A DNA stretch of 64,000 bases from Octopus vulgaris. Lineage: Eukaryota. The notes below the pieces were generated by a model. That model did not search any database, was not told the DNA's origin, and saw nothing but the letters and a program-made list of their open reading frames with translations. The stretch is from positions 107,260,001-107,324,000 of the forward strand of contig OX597817.1 in assembly GCA_951406725.2 (NCBI GenBank), given 5' to 3'. The stretch's first letter is position 1. Every line of letters starts with the position of its first letter. Below are positions 14,909-28,792 of this stretch, in pieces. The position numbers and the translations under genes are program-made.

Positions 14909-15360
14909 AGGCGCAGGTAAGGCTGTGTGCTTAAGACGTTTGCTTCTCAACCACATGGTTTCGGTTTCAGTCCTGTTGTGTGTCGACACTTTAGGTAGGT
15001 ATCTTTTTTTTTTTGTAGCCGCTTATCAACCAATAATTTGTCAATGAATTAGGTTGACGGAGATTGTACAGAAGTCTGTTGTACACGCTCGTATCTTTCT
15101 GTGCGTGGCTACTGCTGTCCAATGCCTGACTGAAATAGGTAAAAGAATATCTTTCTTTTTTTTTTTTATTTGTTTCAGTCATTGGGCGGTGACTACGCTG
15201 GAGCAGCGCCTTGAAGAGTTTTAATCGAATAAGACGATCCCAGCACCCCAATTAAAAAATATATGGTAATCTCCTATCGGTTTCTTTTACCGAACTGCTA
15301 AATTACCGGGATGTAAACAAACCAACACTGGTAGTCAAGCGATTGTGTGGGCAAACACTA
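14909..15360. mobile_element. Two degenerate SINE family A pieces in opposite orientation
   Basis: GGCGCAGG..GGCTGTGTG..CAACCACATGGTTTCGGTTTCAGTCC head on +; family A tail (TTGTTTCAGTCATT..CGCTGGAGCA) on -. Confidence 0.7.
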
Positions 15361-15386
15361 ACATACATAAATACATATCTACATGC

Positions 15387-15418
<32 letters not shown>

Positions 15419-16384
15419 ATTTATTTATGTACGTATGTGTGTGTGTGTACACACACTCACATATAATTAAACAAGATGCATCTAATAGCAGAAACAGCTG
15501 TAAGCTAGTCAAGTTTATCGCATAATTTCCTGTTTCTTTGACTTTTATTTAATTTCATATTACGCTTCGCGCTTTGTACTCGACTAACGCTTTGGCCTAT
15601 AGCTATGGTAGAAGACACTGGCACAAGGTGCCACGCAGAGAGACCTGCTACAAATAATGAAAAAAGTCCCATTCAATCTCACCCTATTATCTTTAAAAAG
15701 AGAGAAACTGACTTTGGAGCGAACAACAACAACAACATCGTTAGAGACAAACCAAAGGTAAATAAGACAACCAAATCTACCTCAGATCACACTCGAGCGT
15801 TTTAAAAGCAGGAAAGACCACGTTAGATAATGTAGGCCAAGAGGAAGGCTTGATAGCATACGAGGGATAACAAGAGTAAAGATGCAAAATTTAGATCTGC
15901 AGAAGATGGAGTTGAATTGTCAGACGGGTCACCAATGCACCCATGTCTTGGTACTGTAGTATATTGCGATTCGTGGAAGATTTAGCTGCTATTTCTAACA
16001 CACCAAGCGACTGTGTAGAAGAAGCTCAATGTTAACTTCTTAAAAAGCGAAGAACCGCATGCCACTTAATACCAGAATACTATTTGTGAGGCATTCTACT
16101 GACTCTACTATCAATCACTTTAAAAGCAGTATCGATTACTTCTAAGAATGGTACGAGAACATACAAGACTATACTGGTGCTTATTTTATCAAACCCAGAA
16201 CGATGAAAGTTTACCTTCGGCAAGATTTGAACTCAGAACATAAAGAGATAAACTAAATATCGTTGTTCTATTTAACAGCCATCCACTGCGTTCAACCTTA
16301 GTGCAATATAGATAACAATTATAATAGTTAAAAAAAATTACAAAAAGGTTACGTAATTTGCTTATACATTTACCAATATATTTG

Positions 16385-16600
16385 GTGGTAGATTGGCAGA
16401 ATTGTTAAAGAGTCGGATAAAATACCTTGTGGTATTCTGTTATGGTTCTTTGCATTCTGGGTTCAAATCTCACCGGAGTTAACGCCGCCTTTTCATCTTT
16501 CCGGGATCGATAAAACAAAAGTACCAGTCAAGTATGGGTGTCAACGTATTCGCCTATACCCGTTTTCAAAACATGGCCTTGTGCCAATGCTAGAAATCTA
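16385..16600 (+). mobile_element. Diverged SINE family B copy
   Basis: TGGCAGAATTGTTA..GGGTTCAAATCT..CCTTTTCATCTTTCCGGGATCGATAAA..GTACCAGT..GGCCTTGTGCC. Confidence 0.7.
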
Positions 16601-17789
16601 TATTTAACAACCCTGCGGGAAATAACAAAAAAATAAAAGGGAAAAACAACAACAAAAATAAAAACAATAACTACACACACAAGAACAACAAAGCTAAAAC
16701 GAAAGAAAGAAAAATCATAAATTAAGAATATAAAGAATAGAATTTTGTAGAATAATGTGGGGAGAATAATAAAATAGAAAATCGATTTCTTTCAATCGAA
16801 AATGTTATTGAAAATACTATCATAGTTGTCAGTCAAATATTTCCTGATTGTGCAAAAAAAAAAAAAAAAAAAAGAAGAGAAATAGCGGTAAAGCTTCGCT
16901 TTATTGACATAGTGTAAGTGATATTGTGTTAACAGATTTGTTGTATATTTTTGGAAACATTCAGTGTATATCGGATATTATGGTATTCCAAGCGAATAAC
17001 TTGCTTGCGGGGGTCATAGGTAAGATATTACAAGTATATATCCTTCACATTCTATAGGAAATCTTCAACGCATCTCACCTTCGCAGCTGACGTCCTTGAA
17101 GAACACTGATGACCTTCTTGGCTTATAGACACACACACTTGCAAGGTAACACGGGACGTAACTCTGCATTCTTTGATTCGTCTTTGATTTATCTTTCTTA
17201 ATCTTGCTCTTATATTTTTCTTGCCTTTTTATTTTTGACATTTAAGTAATAAATTTTAACTTACTATATTAAAAAAAACACAACTTATTTCTATGGTACG
17301 GAAATATTGATATTCAGTATTTTATAATCATTTACAGTAAAAATATAACTGTCAGAATGTTAACCTTGAATGTATCCTTGGAGATGGGTTTAGTTACGAC
17401 GTTTACAATAATTTTATTGGGAAAAAAATCTTTCGTAATAGGTCTTTCAATGGGCATAATGCTTAATAGATGTATTACACAAGAGCTTATTTCGTTTATT
17501 TCAGTTGTTACCCCCCCCCTGTGTGTTGCGAATAGCTGTATATCACAAATTTGTCCCTTGGGATGATATGAACAATTATGGCATACACATAATCATCAGT
17601 TACATACCTACTTTGTAGCGTCTCCTTGGTGAACTGCATGCACTTCCTGACTGTACTTAATTACTACCATGGTAATACCACCATCACTATAAATTTCATA
17701 GATGAATGATTTTCCTACGAAGATTGCACAGCCGATGACTGGGTACGAACTGGTGTCTCTTCAAGCTGGCAAAACTGATATGATAATAA

Positions 17790-19000
17790 CTTCAAATTTT
17801 GGCACAGGGCCAACAGTGTTTGAGGGGAATGGGAGTAGAAAAGACGAAAAGTAAAATCGGCCTCTGCAGAATTTGAACTCAGAACGTAAAGACGGACGAA
17901 ATGCCGCTAAGCATTTGGTCTGGTGTGCCAACAGTTCTACCAGCTCGCCGCCTTAAACTGATATGTTAACTATCCTTTCTACTATAGGCACAAGCCTGAA
18001 ATTTTGAGGGGAAAGGGATTGTATATTACATGAACTCCCGTCTCTCGACTGGTACTTATTTTATCGACCTTGAAAGAATAAAAGGCAAAGTCAACCTTGG
18101 TAAAATTTGAATTCAGAACATAAAGACAGACGAAATATCGCTAAGCATTTTGTCCGGCGTACAAACATTTCTGCCTATCGCATCCTTAAACCGATATGTT
18201 AATAATAACGATAGTCTTCTCGTTTTCACTAACAACTGCCATAGTTCTATTAAATCTTTACTCTAAAAACAAACTAAAAACAAAACAAGTTGTGTCCTGT
18301 ATCTGTTATCTCCTTATTACAATATCTGCTATTCTATACAGTCTGCCTCTATTTAAAGCTCACGGTTTCTATAACTTATATGTTGAACGACTCTAAGTTA
18401 CTTAATATAGGTATGATAGCATTCAATAAGACTAAGGTATCTGATTCACTAACATTTCACATTTATTATACAAGTCTACGAACTCTGAGCTCCTTGTGAT
18501 CAGTGGTTTCGAAGAAGTAACAGTAAAGGTCTAGAGCTTCCGGATCCAACGAATAGGTTGGTAGTACAGGTGAACAGTAGATTTGCAGTATTTGGTGCCG
18601 TAGGAAAGCTCTCATTACACACAGTGTATCATGAGTATTTTAAATCTGGTGTACTCTATCCCTCTCCAGGTCCGAATACGTCGCATTATTTTTTCTCAAG
18701 CGAGAAGAATCAATTCTAGTACAGGCACTTTATCCATCGATTCCGAAAGGATAAAAACAAAATGACCTTGTTGAAATTTGAGTTCAGAGCGCAGAGAGCC
18801 GGAGCAAATATTTTAAATCATTCTATCCGATGTTCTAACGATTCTGCTAACTCACCGTCTATAATACTCACCTCCAGTACTTGACTGGTACTTTATTTAT
18901 TGACCCCAAAAGGATGATAGGCAAAGTTGACCTCAGCGGAATTTGAACATAAGGTGCAGAGAGCGGATCATGCAAGACATTCTACCTGGCACTCTACTGA
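17790..19000 (-). mobile_element. Cluster of about four SINE family B copies (17790-17955, 17970-18190, 18715-18860, 18870-19000)
   Basis: Repeated AATTTGAACTCAGAAC / GAAATGCCGCTAAGCATTT / ACTGGTACTT motifs. Confidence 0.8.
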
Positions 19001-19209
19001 CTGTTAAATCTTCACCGACATTACCCATTGCCTAATTATGTTTTCTAAAATGACAGAATGCGGTTCAAGGGGGACTTGACTGCTCCTTCCAAACAGGTCG
19101 ATTGATTAAGTAGAAGCTCACTCTTTGGCCTAATTAAACGGTTTCTCTGTCTTCTCTGTCTTATGGTTGTCCATTACAAACTCCAATATTCTTCTTGTGC
19201 TGTGTTAGC

Positions 19210-19330
19210 TTGTGTATCCCAACGACTCAGAAGAGCTATGCTAGCTGAGTGCATACTCCTTGTAGGGATTGCCATATTGGACAGGTCAAAGGATAGAAGC
19301 CAGACTCATAAGGGCCACCTAGAAATGGGT
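19210..19330 (+). mobile_element. Possible RTE-clade LINE 5' UTR remnant
   Basis: AGAGCTATGC..ACTCCTTGTAGGG..CCAT..GGACAGGTCAAAGG.TAGA.GCCAGAC resembles RTE 5' UTRs, from recall only. Confidence 0.3.
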
Positions 19331-20616
19331 TTGTATACGGTCCACACTCCTACTTAGAAATCAATTACAGTTCAAAACCAACAAGACCTGGAAAAGGAAG
19401 ACCTTCCCACAGGAGGGAAGCAGAGTAGATAATCCAGAGTCTAGAACTCCTCATACGACTACAGTGACTTCAGTGAAAGATCGCCGTGGACGAGACTGCT
19501 ATGGGTGTGATAAGGTCGTTTACTCTCGCACAAAACCATCATCGTTTTGGAATATCATCTGAAAGCTGTTAACCTCAGACAGCTATTATTATATTTTTTT
19601 ACATACAAGACGTGCAGGAATTGCAAGTTTGATGTAGATAATTTTAGCGACCTATACGTTTAACCTTGGAAGGTGGAATAGAGGTCGGTCGGGTGGGCAG
19701 GTGGAGTTTTAGTATGACACGCTCCTACCTCAAAGGAATTTCATAAACTCTATGTACTTTTAGTCATATTTATATTAGGGTGCGTGCGTGCATGTTTTTA
19801 TGTGCGCGTATGTATATGTGTATTTGCATTTATACCCATTCTTATATTGATATCTATTAACATATATTCATGTATTTTTATCCATATTTATATTGGTACA
19901 CTATTTTATATTTCCCTATATCTACGTATATTTATATATCCTCACACTCTCTCTGTCTCTCTCCCATTCTCTCTCTTTGTATATATATATATATATATAT
20001 ATATTTGCGATTTTACCTGTTTATTCGTCTTGCATTAAAATTAAGAAGTCGTTATAGTTGTTGTTGTTATTATTATTATTACTTTTAATATAATTTCTAT
20101 TTTTGATAATTAATTCGTGTTTTATTTCTCTTGTTTCTTCACATATTGCCAAATTTTACACAAGATTAAAGTTAATTGAAGATAATTCTATGGTTTTAGT
20201 TTCATTATATGTACACACACAAACACATAGCAACAAACACATAGCAATAGAAGAAATGGTGTATTTGAAAATTGTATTGATTTTTGTTGCTATTTCAATT
20301 AAATTGGTCGATTAAATGTGTCATAGGTCAACGACTCTAAGCAAATATATCAGATTAAAAGACAATGATAAAAAGAAAAATGTTATTGACAGTAAGAAAA
20401 TATATGCACAAATAGAATAGACTACAATGGATGAAAAGAAGGAACAGTAGTTTAGTGTGTGAGAGAGAATGTGAGTCTGTGAAAGAGGAGAAGAGGGGGG
20501 AAAGAGTAAGAGAGAGAGAGAGAGAGAGAGTGAGAGAGCGATTGAGTGAGAGAGAGAGAGTTTGCTGACAGAGGAATAATTGATATGTATATTTGTAAAT
20601 GTGTTTATGTATATAT

Positions 20617-20738
<122 letters not shown>

Positions 20739-20900
20739 AGGTGCAAACGTGGCTGTGTGGCAAAAAGCTTGCTTTTCAACTAAATGGTTTCGGGTTCAAT
20801 CCCATGGCATTACAGCGTGGATAAGCGTCTTCTTTTATAGCTTCGGACCGACCAGATCCTTGAGAGTGGATTTGGTAGACGGAAAATGAAAGAAGCCTGT

Positions 20901-20905
<5 letters not shown>
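20739..20905 (+). mobile_element. SINE family A, 5' half
   Basis: GGCTGTGTGG A-box, GGGTTCAATCC B-box, GTGGATTTGGTAGACGGAAA. Confidence 0.8.
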
Positions 20906-20933
<28 letters not shown>

Positions 20934-21011
20934 TACAAACACAAAAACAACAACGCACGGACGTGGTACATGTAAAGTATTACCCGACGCTCAAGGAAGG
21001 GAAAATAGGCG

Positions 21012-21046
21012 GTTTAACGTTTCGAGCAAAGCTCTTCTTCAGAAAC
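21012..21046 (-). ncRNA. Minimal type I hammerhead ribozyme motif, intact core
   Basis: Minus strand reads GUUU-CUGAAGA-A-GAGC(UUU)GCUC-GAAA-CG-UU-AAAC: stem I, core, stem II and palindromic ACGU stem III. Confidence 0.75.
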
Positions 21047-21124
21047 AGGGGAGAGTCCAATAGAAAGGGAAGACGGAGGGAAAAAATCGCCAACAATTCA
21101 CATGTTTATATATACATATATATG

Positions 21125-21201
<77 letters not shown>

Positions 21202-22124
21202 GCTCACACATACATACATGCATACATACACACATATATGGTGAACTCTCACGTTCCGCTGTTCTTTCAACTGATGACCTACTCATTGGTTCAGCGTGTA
21301 AAGTGGTTTAGTATTCCACAGTCACGAATTAAAGGTGAACTTTTGAATTATAGATGCTGTCCGTCTGAGGGATTTCGACGTAATTTCCGTCCATCTGCAT
21401 TTACTCACAAACCCTCGGTTAGTCCAAGGCTTGAGTAAATCACTTGCAGTGGGCTCGAACCCATGATCTCATGGTTACGAAACCAGTTTCTTAAACACCC
21501 AACCATACTTTCGTCCACACACACACTCACGCACACACACACTCACGCACACACACACATCAGAAAAATCTTCATTGATGGCTGTGTACAAGTTACAAGT
21601 TTGCCTTACCATTAAGGACTGATTACACAACAAGGATGGTGTCTCACTCTACTTAAGTACGTTATATGCTTTACTTGAATCCAAAATATAACTCAAGTTT
21701 GCCAAACAAGCAAAACCTCACTCAACAGTACTCTACGACCACTGGCCTGTCGACGTTCTGTGACATTCTTCAGTCTCTCACATCAATACTACAACATTTT
21801 AAGATTCTTTGAACATTCTGTGTTCTGCCTTATGCGCTTATTGATTCCTTGCTTTGTCACTGTGGTAAATCTTTGTTCAAAACCTCTTCCCTAAGAGCTG
21901 CATCCGCCTAGGCTTCTCTCTCTGCTCATATTTTCTTCATCAAAGTACAGCATATAGATCTTGAAATAATATATCAAACGTATAAGCCATTCTTGACACA
22001 TCAGAGAAAAAGACATGGTTCTTTTTCGCTTCAACTAACCAATAAATAGTATTACTACTGCTAGGTTCCTCTAGAATTAAGAATAGAAACAATATGAAGA
22101 AATTTATGCTACTAATATTTATTT

Positions 22125-22262
22125 TGAATTTCCGATGTCGACTTTGCCTTTCATCTTCCCTGGGTCGATAAACTAATTACCAGTTGAACACTGGGGTCGA
22201 TGTAATCGACTTAACCCTCCGCTCCCAAATTGCTAGTCTTGTGCCAAAATTTGATATCAATA
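22125..22262 (+). mobile_element. 5'-truncated SINE family B with target-site duplication
   Basis: Family B body flanked on both sides by AATATTTATTTTGAATT. Confidence 0.85.
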
Positions 22263-22879
22263 TTTATTTTGAATTGTCGTTGCCTACTGATTAGAGGAGA
22301 AAAATAATTAGCACCCACACACACACACACACACACACAAAAGAAAAAACTGGAAGGAAATCTGAATGACATGACTTATGGAGATAAGGTCTGATTAAAC
22401 AATTCAAATTGAGTTTATCTGTGAAAGAAAATCAGTGATGTTACTAAAAGGAGGTGGAGGATAGGTAGATATATCTTGGTGTTGATTGTATGCCATCACA
22501 TAATCCAAGGTTAGCTATTTAGAACTGTTGGCACTGTACAAAACCAAACAAAACAGCGCAGGAACTTCTTTGTGGTCGATTGTTACGCTAGTCTAGCGAC
22601 ACCAATTTTTATTATGTCATATTGAAAACAATTAGCCTTTAAAAGGCCCAGCGCGCCAATCTGTCATGATTGGTCGTTTTACGTATCATGTGAGTTTTGA
22701 ACATTAGTTGAATACTGTGCTGTGATTGGTTGTGTATTGTGCGGGATTTGGATCGAAGGTCCTGTCATGTTGCACCGCGTAATACATTCTCAAACAACTA
22801 GTGTGCTCAGGAGCCTACCTTTTTTCCGGATTACATGACCTTGTTCGTTCAGAATACTCCATTTCTGCACTTTGATTAT

Positions 22880-22935
<56 letters not shown>

Positions 22936-23135
22936 AAAGAGCAGATTTCAGATTTATTTTTAAAACAAACGGTAAGAGACACAAACACATTCTACATATT
23001 TCTTGAGGAAGGTTTAAAGTTTATAGCTGAACATGATCAACTGAATTAAGCCGTAAATAAAATATTCTAATTTTGTTTTTTATGTTTCATTTTATTTAAA
23101 GTTGTATAATTTTTATTTGTGTAATTCTTTAGAAA

Positions 23136-23417
23136 ATGGCGAAGCCACAAGGAAAGTCTTTTTGTGCGCTGCAGTTTGAGAAATGCGAATCGATTGTGCA
23201 AGTGCAACGTGATTTTCGCCACCAATTCAATAAAAATCCACCTCGTCACAAGCAAACTTACGAATGGCATAAAATTTCACAGAAAAAGCTTGCATTTGTA
23301 AAAGAAAAAGCATCGGTGCTTTAAACCTTTCCCTCTCAAGAAATGTGTAGAATGTGTTTGTGTCTCTCACCGCTTGTTTTAAAAATAAATTTAAAATCTT
23401 TCTTTTTGAATAACCCT

Positions 23418-23420
<3 letters not shown>
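23136..23420 (+). mobile_element. Tc1/mariner-superfamily deletion derivative with a DUF4817-type HTH N-terminus and right TIR
   Basis: KSFCALQFEKCESIVQVQRDFRHQFNKNPP..YEWHK; ends TCTTTTTGAATAACCCTG-TA. Confidence 0.7.
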
Positions 23421-23465
<45 letters not shown>

Positions 23466-23716
23466 TGATAAAAAGAGAGATAGAGAGATTAATAGATAAA
23501 TAAATAGAAATTAAATAAATAAAAATAATCATTATTTTTCGTTGGCAGAGTTAATGTTTAACCCCCGGTTAGTCCTGATTGATCAATCTACCATCAAATA
23601 TGTTTAAGCTAAAATCCATCAGTCATTGAAAAGTATACTTTTTCCTATTTTCTGTGTGTGAAGAAGAGACTGTACCCATTTCGTTTGCAACCCTTCCGAA
23701 GCCAGTATATATATAT

Positions 23717-23870
23717 ATGACGGGCTTCTTTCAGTTTCCCCCTGCCAAATCCATTCACAAGACTTTATTCAGCCCAAGGCTATAGTAAAAGACTTGCTCG
23801 AGGTGCCACTCAGCGGTACTGAACCCGGAACCATGTGGTTGGGTGGTTAGGAAGCAAGCTTCTTACAACA
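23717..23870 (-). mobile_element. SINE family A 5' half
   Basis: GACGGGCTTCTTTCAGTTT..CAAATCCA..ACTGAACCCGGAACCATGTGGTTGG. Confidence 0.8.
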
Positions 23871-24044
23871 AAAGAACGCGATTAAAATAAAAAAGGAAAG
23901 GTCTCACTAAAATTGAAACTCTTACAAAGAACGGGGCCCTAATAAGTAACTTATACAGCTTACGCCCACATCCTGTACTGTGAAGATCTATGACCAAAGG
24001 CTTCTCAGCAGCAACCAGCCAAAATATTTGGATAACAGCAATTT

Positions 24045-24372
24045 CATTATTTACATTATTTACATTTGACGGATATTTGTCCTCACCTTGTTTGTTGTTA
24101 ACACGTTTCGGCTGATATACCCTCCAGCCACGTTCAGGTGGCTAGGGGAAACTTCAAATTAGGTCATTGCTTGGAATCGAACTCGGGATCTTGGGGTTAG
24201 TAGCTCGCGCTCTTAACCACAACGCCATATGTCAGTGGACACCTGAAGAAGGCTGGAGAGTATATCAGCCGAAACGTTGTGTTAACAACAAACAAGATGA
24301 AGACAAATATCCGTCGAATGTAAATAATGTAAATAATGTACATATTTCTTCATCTCTTAAATATAAAACTGG
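24045..24372. mobile_element. SINE family E: tRNA-derived head (24161-24233, -) with an HHR tail (24045-24140, -) and an inverted tail copy (24238-24372, +)
   Basis: Minus-strand head TGGCGTTGTGGTTAAGAGC...GAGTTCGATTCC (A/B boxes); about 95-bp inverted arms; homologous to 39638-39970. Confidence 0.8.
24238..24283 (+). ncRNA. Minimal type I hammerhead ribozyme motif, intact core
   Basis: GACAC-CUGAAGA-A-GGCUG(GAGAGUAUAU)CAGCC-GAAA-CG-UU-GUGUU. Confidence 0.75.
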
Positions 24373-25160
24373 AGCAAATATATAGAACTTTATTTAAGAA
24401 GGAAGGATGTGATTTGAAGAAGTGACTGCTACCTCTAGCCGGTGGGACAGCTGCACTGAGGTTCCCTTGTTAGCTTGTACGAGGAGAAGCGAGTGACACG
24501 AACTAGTTAAACGTGAACGAAATGGTTCATCGCAAACCGTGATTCCCGGGAGCTTTACCATCGCGCTGCAACACAGGTACGCATGTAACTAGCAGACAGA
24601 ATAAATATAAGCTCTAAGTTTAGCTGAATCTACGACTCGTTTTCCAATATCAGATTGTAGTCAGTTCATTTCTTCACTCCTCTATTCCTCTAATGTTGCT
24701 AATGCCCTTGAGAAAGGTATGAATGTCACAAAAAATAAAAATGAAGCATTCTATCAACGTAAGAAATCAATATTATAACGCATTGTTTGATATTTCACAT
24801 TGAAACATATCCTATTGGATCTACAAATACATCTTGTACACATATTTTTACTTACTTGCTAAATTCCCAGCCATAAGCCGAAAATAACCGAATTATTTTC
24901 ACTATAATTACGCAGAAATAATAAAACCAAGATTATTTGCTTGCACCCACTGGCAGGAAAGATGCTAACTGCTACCAGTCAGTTGTCGTCAGCTTGAGAA
25001 TGTACTATGTTGATAATGTAGTAAGCTGGTTCTGAAATAAAACTGATACCAATATATAGCATTCCATGTAGTCGGCTTAATACAATCTGAGAATATCTTC
25101 CAGACATGCTAAAGATTAGAATAAAATATTGCCGTGCAAATTTTAATTTAATGAGCCGAA

Positions 25161-25231
<71 letters not shown>

Positions 25232-25455
25232 GTGTGTGTGCGTGTGCGTGCGCGTGTGTGTGTTTCTGATGTACATGTCTATGCAGCTATAAGCTTATAT
25301 CAGTATATATGTGTGTGTGTGTGTGTGTATGTACGTATGTATGTATGTATGTATGTATGTATGTATGTATGTATGTATGTATGTATATACGCAGATATGT
25401 ATTTATGTGTGTCTGATCGTATGTGAGTTTATATTTGTATATGTATGTGTGTGTG

Positions 25456-25518
<63 letters not shown>

Positions 25519-25555
25519 GTATGTATATATATGTATATATATATATCTATATACG

Positions 25556-25584
<29 letters not shown>

Positions 25585-25586
<2 letters not shown>

Positions 25587-25708
25587 CACGTGATCACGTG
25601 ACCGACCAGGCTATCATATGTCGTTACACATCGCTGGTCACAATGCGCTTTGCATTGTTTTAGCCTTCAAATGACGCCACCCCGCTGGCTAAGCGAGTAG
25701 GCCAACAT
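25585..25708 (-). mobile_element. SINE family D 3' part
   Basis: Matches 37607-37730 (CATCGCTGGTCACAATGCGC..TTCAAATGACGCCACCCC). Confidence 0.85.
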
Positions 25709-25716
25709 ACACACAC

Positions 25717-25747
<31 letters not shown>

Positions 25748-25869
25748 AACAGGGGATTTAAAATCATGCAGCAATACTTTCTAGGAATAATTTTATAACT
25801 GATAGAATCATCAACACTGAATTTAAAATTATATAACAGTATATCGTGGTGTATTTCATGATAATGATA

Positions 25870-26500
25870 TACCGTTTATGTGTAATGTAGCTCTGTGTTT
25901 AATTCAGGTTTGCATTTTGCTATCGGTAAAGGATTTACAATTATTCTTCTCAGTATAGAATTATAATTTCTTGTAAACTTGTGAAGTTAATGTCAAAATA
26001 ATATTCTTTTATCCAATTTTATTTCGTGTACTGCCTTATATAAGTTACGATGGTTTCTTGTTGTAAATGCATAGTCAGTCGATAAGAAACTGCTGTGCTT
26101 GTGTGTCCGTTGTAACAGTTTGAATCAGGAAGTTTACAATTTCCCTGTTAACTTTGAAATTTGTACATTACGTTGTTTATCTGAAGTACATTTAGTGTCT
26201 TGCTTGTTGGTGGTTTCATGTTAATAAGGCTTTTCTGTCTAGTGCTATTGTGAGTCTATGGTTAAGTGTGTTACATGTCTTCTGTTTTATGCGATTTTAC
26301 TATATTCGTTCATTTATAACTTGGATATCTGGTTCTTATAGTATATAATATGTGTGGTCTGTGCAGTTCCAATGGGTGCTGCATCTGTTGTATCGTGTGG
26401 GTGAATTAGTTCCTGTATTGTTTTAAGGCTTGATCAACTAAAATTAGGGTAGTCCTTAAATAATGTTTTAAGCGTAGGATTTAGTTATTCAAGGCTTCTT
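25870..26500 (-). pseudogene. Penelope-like element GIY-YIG endonuclease remnant, heavily degraded
   Basis: Minus-strand reading NNVMYKFQS*QGNC..CYNGHTSTAVSYRLTMHLQ...KPELN fits the PLE EN pattern (NVVYxF..YIGxT..RLTxH). Confidence 0.6.
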
Positions 26501-26627
26501 TAGTGGATGAAAATTTTCATGTTCCCGTTTTCCATGTTGTGTACGTTTTTTGACGTAATGTACCCATATATGCATGTGTATATACACATAAATACAAGTA
26601 TGTACATGTATGTATGATATGTATATA

Positions 26628-26677
<50 letters not shown>

Positions 26678-26684
<7 letters not shown>

Positions 26685-26932
26685 TGTGCAAGTGGGTGAC
26701 CGCTTCACAGACACGTGTACTTCTAACGTAGTTCTGAGGGAGACTGAGCATGACAAAGAGTATGACAAGGCTGGCCCTTGAGATTACAGGTACAACTCAT
26801 TTTTGCAAGGTGAGTGGACTGGAGCAACGTGAAATAAGGTGTCTTGCTCAAGGACTCAACACGTCGCCGGGAATCGAACTGATGACCTTACAACTCTGAG
26901 CTGAATACGCAAACAACTAAGCCACGCGGCTT
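26678..26932 (-). mobile_element. SINE family C copy
   Basis: GGAATCGAAC B-box, GTCTTGCTCAAGGAC CORE-like block, TGGAGCAACGTGAAATAA. Confidence 0.85.
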
Positions 26933-26942
26933 TACTCACTCA

Positions 26943-27028
<86 letters not shown>

Positions 27029-27034
27029 TGTCAT

Positions 27035-28462
<1,428 letters not shown>

Positions 28463-28577
28463 AATACCGATAGAATAAGTATTAGGCTTACAAACAAGTC
28501 CTGGAGTCGATTTGTTCGCCTAAAGGCCGTGCTGTAGCATGGTCGCAGCCAAATGACAAATAAATAAAAGAATAACA

Positions 28578-28616
<39 letters not shown>

Positions 28617-28620
<4 letters not shown>

Positions 28621-28792
28621 CTTGACTGACCAGTCCGTAGGGCGTCCATTTGACACCGCTGGTCACAGCATGCTGTCCACTCCTCTCTAGATCGCGCCTT
28701 TCTCATCCACGTGACCCCAATCGCCCTCCTGAAATCGTATCTCCACCGTCGTGGAGGCCTGCCGAGTGGTCGTTTCCGCTCGTGCGGGTATA
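28617..28792 (-). mobile_element. RTE-clade LINE 3' end
   Basis: Minus-strand reading YPHERKRPLGRPPRRWRYDFRRAIGVTWMRKARSREEW, the RTE C-terminal KRxxGRPxxRW motif. Confidence 0.8.

Noticed and set aside
24161-24233. tRNA-Ser(ACT)-like gene
   Set aside because: Acceptor and anticodon stems pair poorly and it is fused to a repeat tail; treated as a SINE head
25769-25819. Possible HHR (UUGAUGA..GAAAGUAU) downstream of the degraded GIY-YIG
   Set aside because: Too degenerate to fold confidently
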